Positions 49,298-57,922 of a stretch of 64,000 nt of DNA are shown here, one piece after another. Each line of letters opens with the position of its first letter. Position 1 is the first letter of the stretch. The DNA is from an uncultured Lentisphaeraceae bacterium (GTDB taxonomy: Bacteria > Verrucomicrobiota > Kiritimatiellia > RFP12 > DVOR01). A program made the position numbers and the translations under genes. The notes under the pieces are model-generated. The model saw only the letters and a list, made by a program, of their open reading frames with translations, did not search any database and had not been told where the DNA came from. The DNA lies in contig CASEMQ010000034.1 in assembly GCA_949289005.1 (NCBI GenBank), forward strand, positions 59,964-123,963, given 5' to 3'.

Positions 49298-49486
49298 TTG
49301 TCGATAACCGGGGCCGGTGCTGTTGAAAACTTGTTGAAAGTCTGCCTGCCTCGGGGAGGGCCAAAACCGTTTTTTCAATCAGGGAGCGGGGTCGTTTTTC
49401 GAGACACGCCGTATCTCGCATCGAGGCACGGCGTGTCTTGCCTCGGGATACGGCGTGTTCCGGAATGGTTTGGCCTGTCAATAACC
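49298..49486 (+). repeat. structured intergenic repeat element, copy 3 of 3 (plus orientation)
   Basis: Hairpin GAGACACGCCGT/ACGGCGTGTCTT with G-T wobble. Flanked by TTGTCGATAACC (start) and TGTCAATAACC (end). Confidence 0.6.
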
Positions 49487-49607
49487 CGGCTTTTGCGTGT
49501 CCGCCTTCTTCCCGCTTTCTTTTCTTCCTCCCGCCTGCGCAACTCCATCGTGGACGCTTCAAATACATCACGACGGCCGGTGCGAGGTTGCGGGCGGGGA
49601 GGCGGTT

Positions 49608-49616
49608 TTGCTATAC
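49608..49616 (+). promoter_or_regulatory. extended -10 promoter TGcTATACT for rpsO (leader ~100 nt)
   Basis: TGCTATACT upstream of rpsO. The long 5' UTR is consistent with the autoregulated rpsO leader known in other bacteria. Confidence 0.45.
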
Positions 49617-49717
49617 TTGCGCGACTTTCCTGCGACGTGTCTTAGGATACGTTCCCCGTTGCGGGCAAGCCCCGACGTCCGGGGCAGCGGTGGAAGGTGT
49701 CAACCCTCAAAGCAAGG

Positions 49718-49984
49718 ATGCACACCATGATTGACAAGAATGCGATTCGCGAGCAGTTCCGTCGCCATGAGCGCGACACGGGCTCCAGCGAGGTTCAGAT
49801 CGCCACGCTGACGAAGCGTATTGAGCAACTCACCGAGCACCTGAAGGTCAACAAGAAGGACAATTCTTCGCGTTATGGCCTGATTCGCATGGTGAACAAC
49901 CGCCGCAAGCTGTTGGATTATCTGAAGCGCACGAACGAGGCGTCCTATCGCAAGGTGGTGGCGGATCTCGGCCTGCGCCGCTAA
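49718..49984 (+). CDS. rpsO: 30S ribosomal protein S15
   Basis: [54 protein letters not shown] matches S15. Start ATG 49718 or 49727. Confidence 0.85.
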   Translation: MHTMIDKNAIREQFRRHERDTGSSEVQIATLTKRIEQLTEHLKVNKKDNSSRYGLIRMVNNRRKLLDYLKRTNEASYRKVVADLGLRR

Positions 49985-50010
49985 GCGGATGCCGACATGG
50001 CATACAAAAA

Positions 50011-50042
50011 AGCCCCGGCCGGAGCGGCCGGGGCTTTTTTGT
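50011..50042 (+). terminator. rho-independent terminator after rpsO
   Basis: Stem GCCCCGGCC/GGCCGGGGC, loop GGAGC, then TTTTTTGTG. Confidence 0.8.
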
Positions 50043-50076
50043 GCCGTGGGCATGGGGTATTTGTCAACGCCACCGG

Positions 50077-50895
50077 CTAATAGATAAGGAGGTCGAGCGC
50101 GGTGCGGCGTGGGCCGGGGAGGAGGTCGAGGTGCGCGGCGAGGAAGACGCCGAGGAAGCGGCGCAGGCCGAAGATGCCCGGGAAGGGCTCGGGGCGGCCG
50201 AGGGGATCGGTGCGTGCGCCGGCGCGGGCGGCATCGAGCAGGGCGGGGAGGGGGAGGGCGAGGAGACGGCGGTGGAGGGTGGGAATGTCGTCGTGCAGGG
50301 TGAGGGTGGGTGGCGTGTGGAGGCGGGAGGGGCGGTGCGGGCAGATGAAGCGGCCTTCCTCGACGGAGAAGCGGTGACGCGGCGAGGGGGGGCAGGAGGC
50401 GCAGGGGGTGAAGTCCGGCCCGAGGCCGACGGTGGCGAGGAGGTTGGCCTCGAACCAGAGGAGGGTGAGGGCGATCGCGTGGGGGGCGAGGGAGGGGAGG
50501 ATGTCGAGCAAGGCGGAGAGGTGTTGGAAGAGGGTGGGGTTGGGCAGGCCGGGGCGGGCAACGCGGAGGGTGAGGTCGCAGGCATAGGTGGCGGCCACGG
50601 CGGCGCGCCAGTGCGTGCGGAGGGCATCGCGCAGGCGCAGGGGAAAACATTCGCGAATGTGGTGGACGCCGTTGCGCTCGTGCGCGTAGTAGACGAGTTC
50701 GCAGGTGTAGCCCACATCGTAGCGGCCCAGGAAGGCGCCTTTGGGGCGCAAGGCGCCTTTGACGGGGGTGGTGACGAGGCCGCGGTCTTCGGTGAGCCAA
50801 GTGACCATCTGGGAGGTTTTCGAGAAGGGGCGCGCGGCGAGGCACAGCGCGTGGGTCTTCAGGAGGGGAACGTGCTGGGTGGGGGCGTCAGGCAT
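50077..50895 (-). CDS. recO: DNA repair protein RecO
   Basis: N-terminal OB-fold region (LLKTHALCLAARPFSKTSQMVTWLTEDRGLVTTPVKGA), C-terminal Cys cluster (CASC...C.H); 272 aa. Confidence 0.65.
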   Translation of the reverse strand: MPDAPTQHVPLLKTHALCLAARPFSKTSQMVTWLTEDRGLVTTPVKGALRPKGAFLGRYDVGYTCELVYYAHERNGVHHIRECFPLRLRDALRTHWRAAVAATYACDLTLRVARPGLPNPTLFQHLSALLDILPSLAPHAIALTLLWFEANLLATVGLGPDFTPCASCPPSPRHRFSVEEGRFICPHRPSRLHTPPTLTLHDDIPTLHRRLLALPLPALLDAARAGARTDPLGRPEPFPGIFGLRRFLGVFLAAHLDLLPGPRRTALDLLIY

Positions 50896-51793
50896 TGGGG
50901 GCGGCAAAGTCCCGGCGGTAGATGGCGAGCCACTCGGCGAATGCGCGGTCGAGGTAATCGGGCGTGAAGGCGGAGGCATGGGGCAGGAGGAAGCAACGGG
51001 GCGCGGCGCGCAGGGGGCCGTGCTCGGGGTAGGGTTCTTCCTTGAGCACGTCGAGGAAGGCGGCGTGCAGGGCGCCGTGGGCGAGGGCGTCGGCGAGCGC
51101 GTCTTCGTCGATGGCGTTGCCGCGGCCGACGTTGATGATTACGGCGTGCGGGGGCAGGAGGGCGAGGCGGCGGGCGTCCAGGAGGTTGTCGGTGTCCGGC
51201 GCGGCGGGCAGGGCCAGGAAGAGGGCGTCGGCGTGCGCGAGCAGGGTGTCGAGGTCGGGGAGGTTGGCGTGCGTCACGCCCGTCACGCGCACACCCAGGA
51301 CTTCGAGTTTTGCGCCGATGGCCTTGCCGATGTGGCCGTAGCCCAGGATGACGGCTTGGCTCCCGGCGATGGCACGCCGCCCGGGGAGCGTTTCGGGCCA
51401 TGGGGCGCCGGGTCCGCAGAGACCCAGCCCGGGGAGCAGGCCGCGGCGCACGGCCAGGAGCATGCCCACGGCCGTCTCGGCCATCAGGGCTCCGTGGAAG
51501 GTGCCATGGGTGAGGCGGATGCGGGCGGGGATGCGCGCGCCGAGCAATTCGCGCCCGGCCGCCGGCGTGGCCATCCACTTGAGGCGGTAGGTCAGCGGCA
51601 GCCATGCCTCGGAGAAGCGGAAGGTGAGTGCGTAGGTGGCCTTGGAGAGGTTGCGGACGAAGGCCTCTTGCGAATCCGCGAAGACGACGTCCAACTCCGG
51701 CACCTGTTCGGCCCAACGATTCACCTGTTCGCGCGTGGCGACGAAGTCGGCGACGCCGCGCAGGCTCAGCCAAACGAGCAACATGGGTTTCAT
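50888..51793 (-). CDS. D-isomer-specific 2-hydroxyacid dehydrogenase family protein
   Basis: NAD-binding GYGHIGKAIG and catalytic R/E/H region (VINVGRG...HASAFT). ATGA overlap with rpoN stop. Confidence 0.65.
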   Translation of the reverse strand: MKPMLLVWLSLRGVADFVATREQVNRWAEQVPELDVVFADSQEAFVRNLSKATYALTFRFSEAWLPLTYRLKWMATPAAGRELLGARIPARIRLTHGTFHGALMAETAVGMLLAVRRGLLPGLGLCGPGAPWPETLPGRRAIAGSQAVILGYGHIGKAIGAKLEVLGVRVTGVTHANLPDLDTLLAHADALFLALPAAPDTDNLLDARRLALLPPHAVIINVGRGNAIDEDALADALAHGALHAAFLDVLKEEPYPEHGPLRAAPRCFLLPHASAFTPDYLDRAFAEWLAIYRRDFAAPNA

Positions 51794-53292
51794 GGGGAAT
51801 CCTTTGTTTGGGGAAGCGGGGCGCCTTTGCGACGTTCCCGGGTGGAGGGGATGCCGAGCGCCTCGCGGTATTTGGCCACCGTGCGCCGGGCCAGGGGGAT
51901 GCCTCGGGCGGCGAGCGCCACGGTCAGCGCTTGGTCGGAGAGCGGCTTGGCGGGGTTTTCGCCTTCCACGAGGCTCTTGAGCGCGGCCTTGGCGCGTTGG
52001 TCGGAGATGGCCTCGCCCTCGGCCTCGCCCTCGGCGCGAAGGGCGTGCGTGAAGAAGGCGCGCAGGGGGATGAGGGCGCGGCTGGTGGCCACGCGCACCG
52101 TCTTGTCCTTTACGGTGCGCGAGACGATGCTCTCGTCGTAGCCGATGGCCTGGGCCACTTCGCGCAAGAGAAGCGGGCGGAGCGTGCCACGGTCGCCGCC
52201 GCTGTCGAGGAAGGCGCGCTGCCGGTCAAAGGCGGCCTGTGCCACGCGGAGGAGCGTGTCGTTGCGCTCGTGGTAGGCCTCCACATCCAGGCGAGCGCGA
52301 TTTTCCAGATTGGCCACGCAGGCGCGTTCGTCGGCCGTGCGCACCGCCGCGCGTGCCGCCCCCACCGCGGCCTCGTCCACGCGGAAGAGCGGGAAGCGCC
52401 GCTCGTCGCAGACGGCCTGCCACGAGCCGTCGGGGCGGCGCAGGGCGACGATTTCCGGGCCGTCGAGAGGCTCGGGCGGGGCAAAGGCACGCCCCGGGAA
52501 AGGGTTGAGCGTGCGCAGATACGCGAGCGCCTCGCGCAACTCCTCCGGCGTGCAACGCAAATCGCGTGCCAAGCGGGCGGGGGACTCTGTGAGCAGGCTG
52601 CCCAGATGGTCGCAGAGGCGCAGGTAACGCTCGCGATTGGGCAGGTCGCGCGGATCCGCGCGCGTTTGCAACGCCAGGCACTCCGCGAGCGAGCGCGCCC
52701 CCACGCCGACAGGATCGAGCGCCTGCACCTCGCGGATGGCGCGCGCCACGTCGGCCTCCGAAAAGTTCGCCTCCGGCTTGCCGCCGTTGGCCTGCCACCA
52801 ATCGGACAACACGTCATGGGGTGTGGCGCGCAGGTAACCATCCGTGTCCAATGCGTCGCAAATCAGGAGCAGCAACCGCCGCCACGGGCCCTCCGGCGTC
52901 TGGCGCGCCACTTGGTCGGCCAAGTGTTGGTAGAGCGACGGTCGCGCGGTTTGCGTTTGGATGAGCCACTCATGGCGGCGTTGCGCCACCGCCAACGCCT
53001 CCGGGTCGGCCTGGTCGCCAAAGCCCTCCAGCGAGGCGTTGAAATAGTCCAGGTTGCCCTCCTCGTCCGCTTCCCGCGCGGCACCTTCCGAGGCGGCATC
53101 CAGCGAGACCGTCCCGAACGCGGGCTCCACGTACTCCAGGAAAGGGTTGTGTTCCGCCTTTTGGCGCAATTCCGCGCGGAGCGCCGGCAAGGGCAACGGC
53201 AAGAGCCGCAGGCGCAGGCGCGCCTGCATGGAAAGCGCAGCTTCCTGCGACTGCCGCAGGTTCGCGACAAGGCTTTGCGAGGGGCCTGGCAC
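51790..53292 (-). CDS. rpoN: RNA polymerase sigma-54 factor
   Basis: RpoN box ARRTVAKYRE, sigma-54 core-binding and DNA-binding regions. Start ATG 53292 or 53229. Confidence 0.9.
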   Translation of the reverse strand: MPGPSQSLVANLRQSQEAALSMQARLRLRLLPLPLPALRAELRQKAEHNPFLEYVEPAFGTVSLDAASEGAAREADEEGNLDYFNASLEGFGDQADPEALAVAQRRHEWLIQTQTARPSLYQHLADQVARQTPEGPWRRLLLLICDALDTDGYLRATPHDVLSDWWQANGGKPEANFSEADVARAIREVQALDPVGVGARSLAECLALQTRADPRDLPNRERYLRLCDHLGSLLTESPARLARDLRCTPEELREALAYLRTLNPFPGRAFAPPEPLDGPEIVALRRPDGSWQAVCDERRFPLFRVDEAAVGAARAAVRTADERACVANLENRARLDVEAYHERNDTLLRVAQAAFDRQRAFLDSGGDRGTLRPLLLREVAQAIGYDESIVSRTVKDKTVRVATSRALIPLRAFFTHALRAEGEAEGEAISDQRAKAALKSLVEGENPAKPLSDQALTVALAARGIPLARRTVAKYREALGIPSTRERRKGAPLPQTKDSP

Positions 53293-53300
53293 CGTGCCGT

Positions 53301-53855
53301 TCAGTCCTTGATCAACGCGTCCGCGAAGACGCGCTTGGCCGTCTCCTCGTCCGCCGCATACTCAATGATGGCGCGCGCGAAGTCCGTGAAGCGCCCCGGG
53401 CCCGCGGCCGTGATGAGATGGTCGCCAATCACCGCGCCGGCATTGACATAGCCCGCGCCAAGCGCTTGGACGAACTCGGGCGCCGGGTAACATGTCGCCG
53501 GGCGCCCGGGCAAAATCCCCGCCGCCGTCAGCACCAGCGCCGGCGCCGCGCAAATGGCCGCGACCAACTTCCCGGCCCGGTCGTAATCGCGAAGCAACTC
53601 CAGCACGCCCTGCGTGGCGGCCAACGCCTGCGCCCCGCCGAGCCCGCCCGGCAGGATCACGCCATCGAACGCCGTGCTGTCCAGTTCCGTCAGGCACAGC
53701 TCCGCCTCCACGGCGATGCCATGCGCGCCCAGCGTCAGCGGCGTGCGGTTCAACGTGCACGTCACCGTCTCCACGCCCGCCCGCCGCAACAAATCCAGCG
53801 TCCCGAGCGCCTCGATTTCCTCAAACCCATTTGCCAACAACATCACCAAAGCCAT
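53301..53855 (-). CDS. DJ-1/PfpI (ThiJ/YajL) family protein
   Basis: 184 aa. Conserved nucleophile-elbow Cys (AICAAP) and DJ-1 fold motifs. Confidence 0.8.
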   Translation of the reverse strand: MALVMLLANGFEEIEALGTLDLLRRAGVETVTCTLNRTPLTLGAHGIAVEAELCLTELDSTAFDGVILPGGLGGAQALAATQGVLELLRDYDRAGKLVAAICAAPALVLTAAGILPGRPATCYPAPEFVQALGAGYVNAGAVIGDHLITAAGPGRFTDFARAIIEYAADEETAKRVFADALIKD

Positions 53856-53981
53856 GACTCACGTTCCTTTCGCCCCCAGTATAGCAAATGAGTGGACAGA
53901 GGACAGTGAACAGCGAACAGGGCGCCCCTGCGGGGCGACGACGGGGGCAAAAGGCGGGGCCCTTGGCGGCCCGTTTTTGTG

Positions 53982-55919
53982 TCAGGGGGTGGCGGATGGC
54001 GTGAGGCGAATGAGGAAGCCTCCGCCGGGGGCGCAGGGGAGGGTGAGGGTGTCTTGGGCGGTGACGGTGCGGGTCTGGAGGATGTAGTCGGTGGGGACGG
54101 CGTCTGAGACGGGGCTGTCGCGGAGGATGGTGGCGGTGTAGGTGACGCCGGGGACGAGGTCGGCGAGGGGAATGGCGAGGTCTCGGGCTTGGGGGCCGAC
54201 GATGGCGGCAATCCAGTGCGCGTCGCCTTTGCGGCGGCGGACGAGGAGGAGGGCGTCGGGGGCGGAGGCGGGGTCGCAGCGGGTGTCGTCCCACGTGAGG
54301 GGGAGGTCGGCGAGGAAGCGGGTATAGGCGGGTTCGCGGGCGTAGGCGGAGGGACTGTCGCAGAACACGCGGAAGTTGGTGTCCAGGAGCATGAGGAGCG
54401 CGGCTTGGCGGCAGCGGGTGCCCATGGACATGGGGCGGGAGACGTTGGGGCGAAAGGTCTGGCGAGTGGCGTTGCGCATGGCGCCGGGGGTGTAGTCGGC
54501 GGGGCCGGCGAGGAGGCGGGTGAAGGGGATGCGCAGGTCGTTGGTGATGAAGTCGAGGTCGTTGCCGGCCCATTTGGCGGTCTCCAGGCCGAGGATGCCT
54601 TCGTAGGTGAGGACGTTGGGGAAGGTGCGCGAGAGGCCGGTGGGCTTGTGGATGCCGTGGTAGTCGAGAACCATGCGGTGCTTGGCCGCAAGCGCGGCGG
54701 TCTCGCGGAGGAAGTGGGCGATGGCGGCATCGTCGCGGTCGAAGTGGTCGATCTTGAAGCCTTTGACGCCCATCCGGGCGTAGTGGGCGAAAAGCGCGTC
54801 CTGGCGGCCATAGAGCGCCCCCCAGTCGGCCCAGAGGACGAGGCCGACGTTCCTTTTTTTGGCGTACGCCAGGAGCGCGGGGAGGTCAAGCCCGGGCGCC
54901 ACTTTCAAGAGGTCGTCGCCTTGGCTCCAGCCGGAGTCGATGAGGGCGTAGGGGAGGCCGAGGTCCGCGGCGAAGTCAATGTAGGCCCGGTAGGTCTCGG
55001 TGTTTATGCCGGGCTTGAAGGGGGTGTCGTCGAGCCCGAAGGCGTTCCATCACTCCCAGGCGCACGCGCCGGGCTTGACCCAAGAGAAGTCGCCCTGGGC
55101 CGGCTCGGAGAGTGCCATGACCAGGTCATTGCCATAGAGGCCGGCAGCGTTGTCGGCCAGCATGAAGATGCGCCAAGGCAGGGCGCGGGGGCCGGGCGTG
55201 CGCACAAGCCATGGCTCGCGGGCGACGACAAGGCGCTGGCGGCCGGTGGCCTCCACTTTGGCCGGGAAACGCGCCATGGCCGCGACGAGCCGCCCAGGGG
55301 GCTCAATCGGGCGGCGTAGGTTCAGCCCGGGATAGTCGCGCACCTCGGCCTCCGCAAGGGCGAGTGCCACGCCATCGCCCAACAGCGTGACGGGAAGGTA
55401 GATCAAGTGCTTAGGGTCGATTTTCCCAAGGGCGGAGCGGTTGTGGGTGGACTCGAAGTCGCCTTGGAAGTGGTCGCCGCGGTATCCCGCCGGATTGTAG
55501 CCATAGAGCAGCTCGGGCTCGCCCGCGGGGGCGAAGGTGAACGTCTCGTCGCGAATTTCCGCCTCGCCCGCCGCCACAATCGTCCAACGATAGGCCACGC
55601 CTTGGTCGGTGGACAGGATGGTGAGCGACAGGTCGCCAAAGTCCGCCGTCGCGCAGTTGGCTTTCAGGTCGATGTGTGCGCGCACGGTGTGGAACGGCAC
55701 CTCGGCGGAGAAGTCGTGCGCAAAGGTCGTCACCCGCGGCGTGCCGCCGAGCCTTGCCCCTGCCACCTCTAGGCCGATGGGCGCAGGCGCCAAGATTGGC
55801 TTGCCCCGGCGGGAGACGGCAAAAAGCAATCGTTCGCCTTCCCGCGAGACGGTGAGCGTATTGGTCCCATCGGGGGAGGTGACGGACATTAGCATGGCAA
55901 GCGCGGCCTCGGGCAACAT
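53982..55919 (-). pseudogene. glycoside hydrolase family 97 alpha-glucosidase gene interrupted by one in-frame TGA (minus strand 55052-55050)
   Basis: ORFs 55919-55050 and 54908-53982 are in the same frame. Read-through gives ...SWVKPGACAWE*WNAFGLDD..., and the stop sits where GH97 proteins carry a conserved Trp-rich motif. Confidence 0.7.
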
Positions 55920-56056
55920 GGCGGCAAAACTCCGTTCCGTTCGCTCCGGTGCGAACCCGCGGCGGTTATGGTCTCATGGCGAGCAAACCGCCCCTCCGGT
56001 CACAAAAGGCGCGCGGACTTTCGTGCCGAACGGGGCGGGCGCTCCCTGTCGAGCAA

Positions 56057-57334
56057 TCACTCGGCGTCGTCGAGGAGCCCTTGGCCTTTGAGGATGGCCT
56101 TGGCCTCGTCGGGGGAGAGGGATTCGTCCTCGTTGTCGTCCTCGTCTTCGAAATCGATCGTAACGTTCGTTTTCTGTTGCGCCTGCATGGCCTTGTGGAG
56201 CGCGATGCACTCCTTGACGATGGCCAGGCCGGTGTCGCGCCGGATGGAGAAGTCGATGGCGACGGTGTCGCCAGCGACCGATACGGGCACCTTGGCGAAC
56301 CATTTGCCCAACTCAGACGTGTTGGTCTTCATGATCATGGGGATGAACATCTGCCCCCACATCGCCTTGAGGCCGATCATGACCTCCTGCACCTGCTTGG
56401 CGGCGTCGGCATTCGTGGCCTGCAACGTCACGGGCAAGCGGAGGATGTCGTCCTCATACCAGCCCGCGGTGCGGATCAAATGCGTCTGCAAGGCCCAGCC
56501 CATCGTCAGCAGCATCGGCTGCCGTTGTTCGGGGGGGACCTGCTCCTGCACGCGGTTGAGGATGGATGCCAAGTCGCGCATCGCCATGATGCCATATTGC
56601 GCCGCTGGGCACGGCGCTTGGAGCGCCTTGCCCAGCGGCGAATCCGCCTTCAGCGTCGCGCCCTTGCCCGCGAAGAACGCCCGCGTTTCCGCGAAGTCCA
56701 GCGTGAGCGCGAAGGCGAGTCCCTCGGGAATCGCCCGCCAGGCCAGGCACGCCGGGTCGTCGGCGTCCCGCAACAGCGTCCAGCCCTCTTGCGTGGACAG
56801 CGCCAGTTGCGTAGGCGTGTCTTTGTCTTTGTCATCGTCGTCGTTGTCTGTGTCCTTGGCCTGCGCCGCCTTCTCATTGGCTTGGTCGACCAATTTCTTG
56901 ATGGCCTGGTTTAGCCGCGCCACGTCCGCCTTCGGGTTTTCCACCACGGCGTAGACCGCCAAGCCCGTGGGGAGATTGCCCTCCTTCATGGCCGCGAAGG
57001 TGGGCGGCAGGCAGAGGGAGACGACGATAGACTTCGCCGTGCATGTCTTCATGTCCTCTGAAAAGCCCAAGGAAGCCTGGAGCACATCCTGCCACACGGG
57101 GGAGAGATTGAACTTCTTCCAGTCGATGGCCTGCCCCGGGATTTCCACGCCCTGCTCCTTGCAGAGGGCCCGGATGTCCGCGTCCCACTTCTTCTGTGCG
57201 GGCGACTGTGTGTCGAGCCCGGAAATCACATAGACCAGATCCGCGTTCTCGGGCACATACTTCAAGTTCGGCGCCGCCCACAATGCCCCCACGGCCAAGC
57301 ATCCGGCCGCGACGCTCATCCAATGTCTCAACAT
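56057..57334 (-). CDS. secreted hypothetical protein with acidic D/E-rich segments
   Basis: Signal peptide MLRHWMSVAAGCLAVGALWA. No recognisable domain. Poly-Asp tract DTDNDDDDKDKD. Confidence 0.5.
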   Translation of the reverse strand: MLRHWMSVAAGCLAVGALWAAPNLKYVPENADLVYVISGLDTQSPAQKKWDADIRALCKEQGVEIPGQAIDWKKFNLSPVWQDVLQASLGFSEDMKTCTAKSIVVSLCLPPTFAAMKEGNLPTGLAVYAVVENPKADVARLNQAIKKLVDQANEKAAQAKDTDNDDDDKDKDTPTQLALSTQEGWTLLRDADDPACLAWRAIPEGLAFALTLDFAETRAFFAGKGATLKADSPLGKALQAPCPAAQYGIMAMRDLASILNRVQEQVPPEQRQPMLLTMGWALQTHLIRTAGWYEDDILRLPVTLQATNADAAKQVQEVMIGLKAMWGQMFIPMIMKTNTSELGKWFAKVPVSVAGDTVAIDFSIRRDTGLAIVKECIALHKAMQAQQKTNVTIDFEDEDDNEDESLSPDEAKAILKGQGLLDDAE

Positions 57335-57459
57335 GGCAATACTCCTTGTTCCAACAGTCGCCCATCGGGTCGCGCCCAACATGAGCCAACCCAACGCGCA
57401 ACGACACAGTCATCTTATCATAGCCATCGTTGGTTTTCAAGGGTTCAGTGCCCGGGCGG

Positions 57460-57840
57460 TCACTTGCGCAGATGCTTGCGTTCCCAGACCGCGCACCGTT
57501 CCTCGTAGTTCGCGATTTTCGCGTCCAGCCGCCCCAAGACGTCGCGCAGGTTTTCCAAGCGTTTGGCGAGCAAGGCGCGTTGTTGCACCAAGATGGCTTT
57601 CCGCGCCGGGAGGGAGGCATCGCCTTTGCGGAAGAGCGCCACGTAGCGCACGAGGGCGCTCACCTGGAGCCCCGCCGAGCGCATGCACCGGATGAACGTG
57701 ATCCAGTTCACGTCTGTCTCCGTGTAGTCGCGGATGCCGCCCCGCGTGCGCCCGACGGGCGGGATGAGCCCCACGCGCTCGTAATAGCGCAATGTATCCG
57801 CCGTGACGCCACAGCGTTTGCAAACTTCGGCAATCGTCAT
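57460..57840 (-). CDS. MerR-family transcriptional regulator
   Basis: N-terminal HTH MTIAEVCKRCGVTADTLRYYERVGLI and C-terminal coiled coil; 126 aa. Confidence 0.8.
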   Translation of the reverse strand: MTIAEVCKRCGVTADTLRYYERVGLIPPVGRTRGGIRDYTETDVNWITFIRCMRSAGLQVSALVRYVALFRKGDASLPARKAILVQQRALLAKRLENLRDVLGRLDAKIANYEERCAVWERKHLRK

Positions 57841-57862
57841 ACCACTCCTTTTGTTGGGCGCA

Positions 57863-57871
57863 ATTCTAGCA
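57863..57871 (-). promoter_or_regulatory. extended -10 promoter TGcTAGAAT for MerR-family gene
   Basis: Minus-strand TGCTAGAAT 22 nt upstream of ATG 57840, with RBS AAGGAGTGG. Confidence 0.5.
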
Positions 57872-57922
57872 TGTGGAGTGGACTCCAGGTCAAGCATTTT
57901 CCCGGCATGACGGGCAATCGGG

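Noticed and set aside
49298-49330. Possible anti-repeat or tracrRNA-like complementarity between TGTCGATAACC of repeat copy 3 and the CRISPR repeat end (GTCGCAATAGCC)
   Set aside because: Only ~8 scattered matching nucleotides with indels. The same motif occurs in copies 1 and 2 far from any array. No Cas9 or Cas12 is present.
53982-54908. Treating 53982-54908 and 55050-55919 as two separate genes
   Set aside because: They are in the same frame, separated by one stop codon, and together reconstitute a full-length GH97 protein.
55050-55052. Selenocysteine or programmed recoding at the in-frame TGA of the GH97 gene
   Set aside because: No SECIS-like hairpin follows, GH97 enzymes are not selenoproteins, and the position corresponds to a conserved Trp. 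A nonsense mutation or sequencing error is far more likely.
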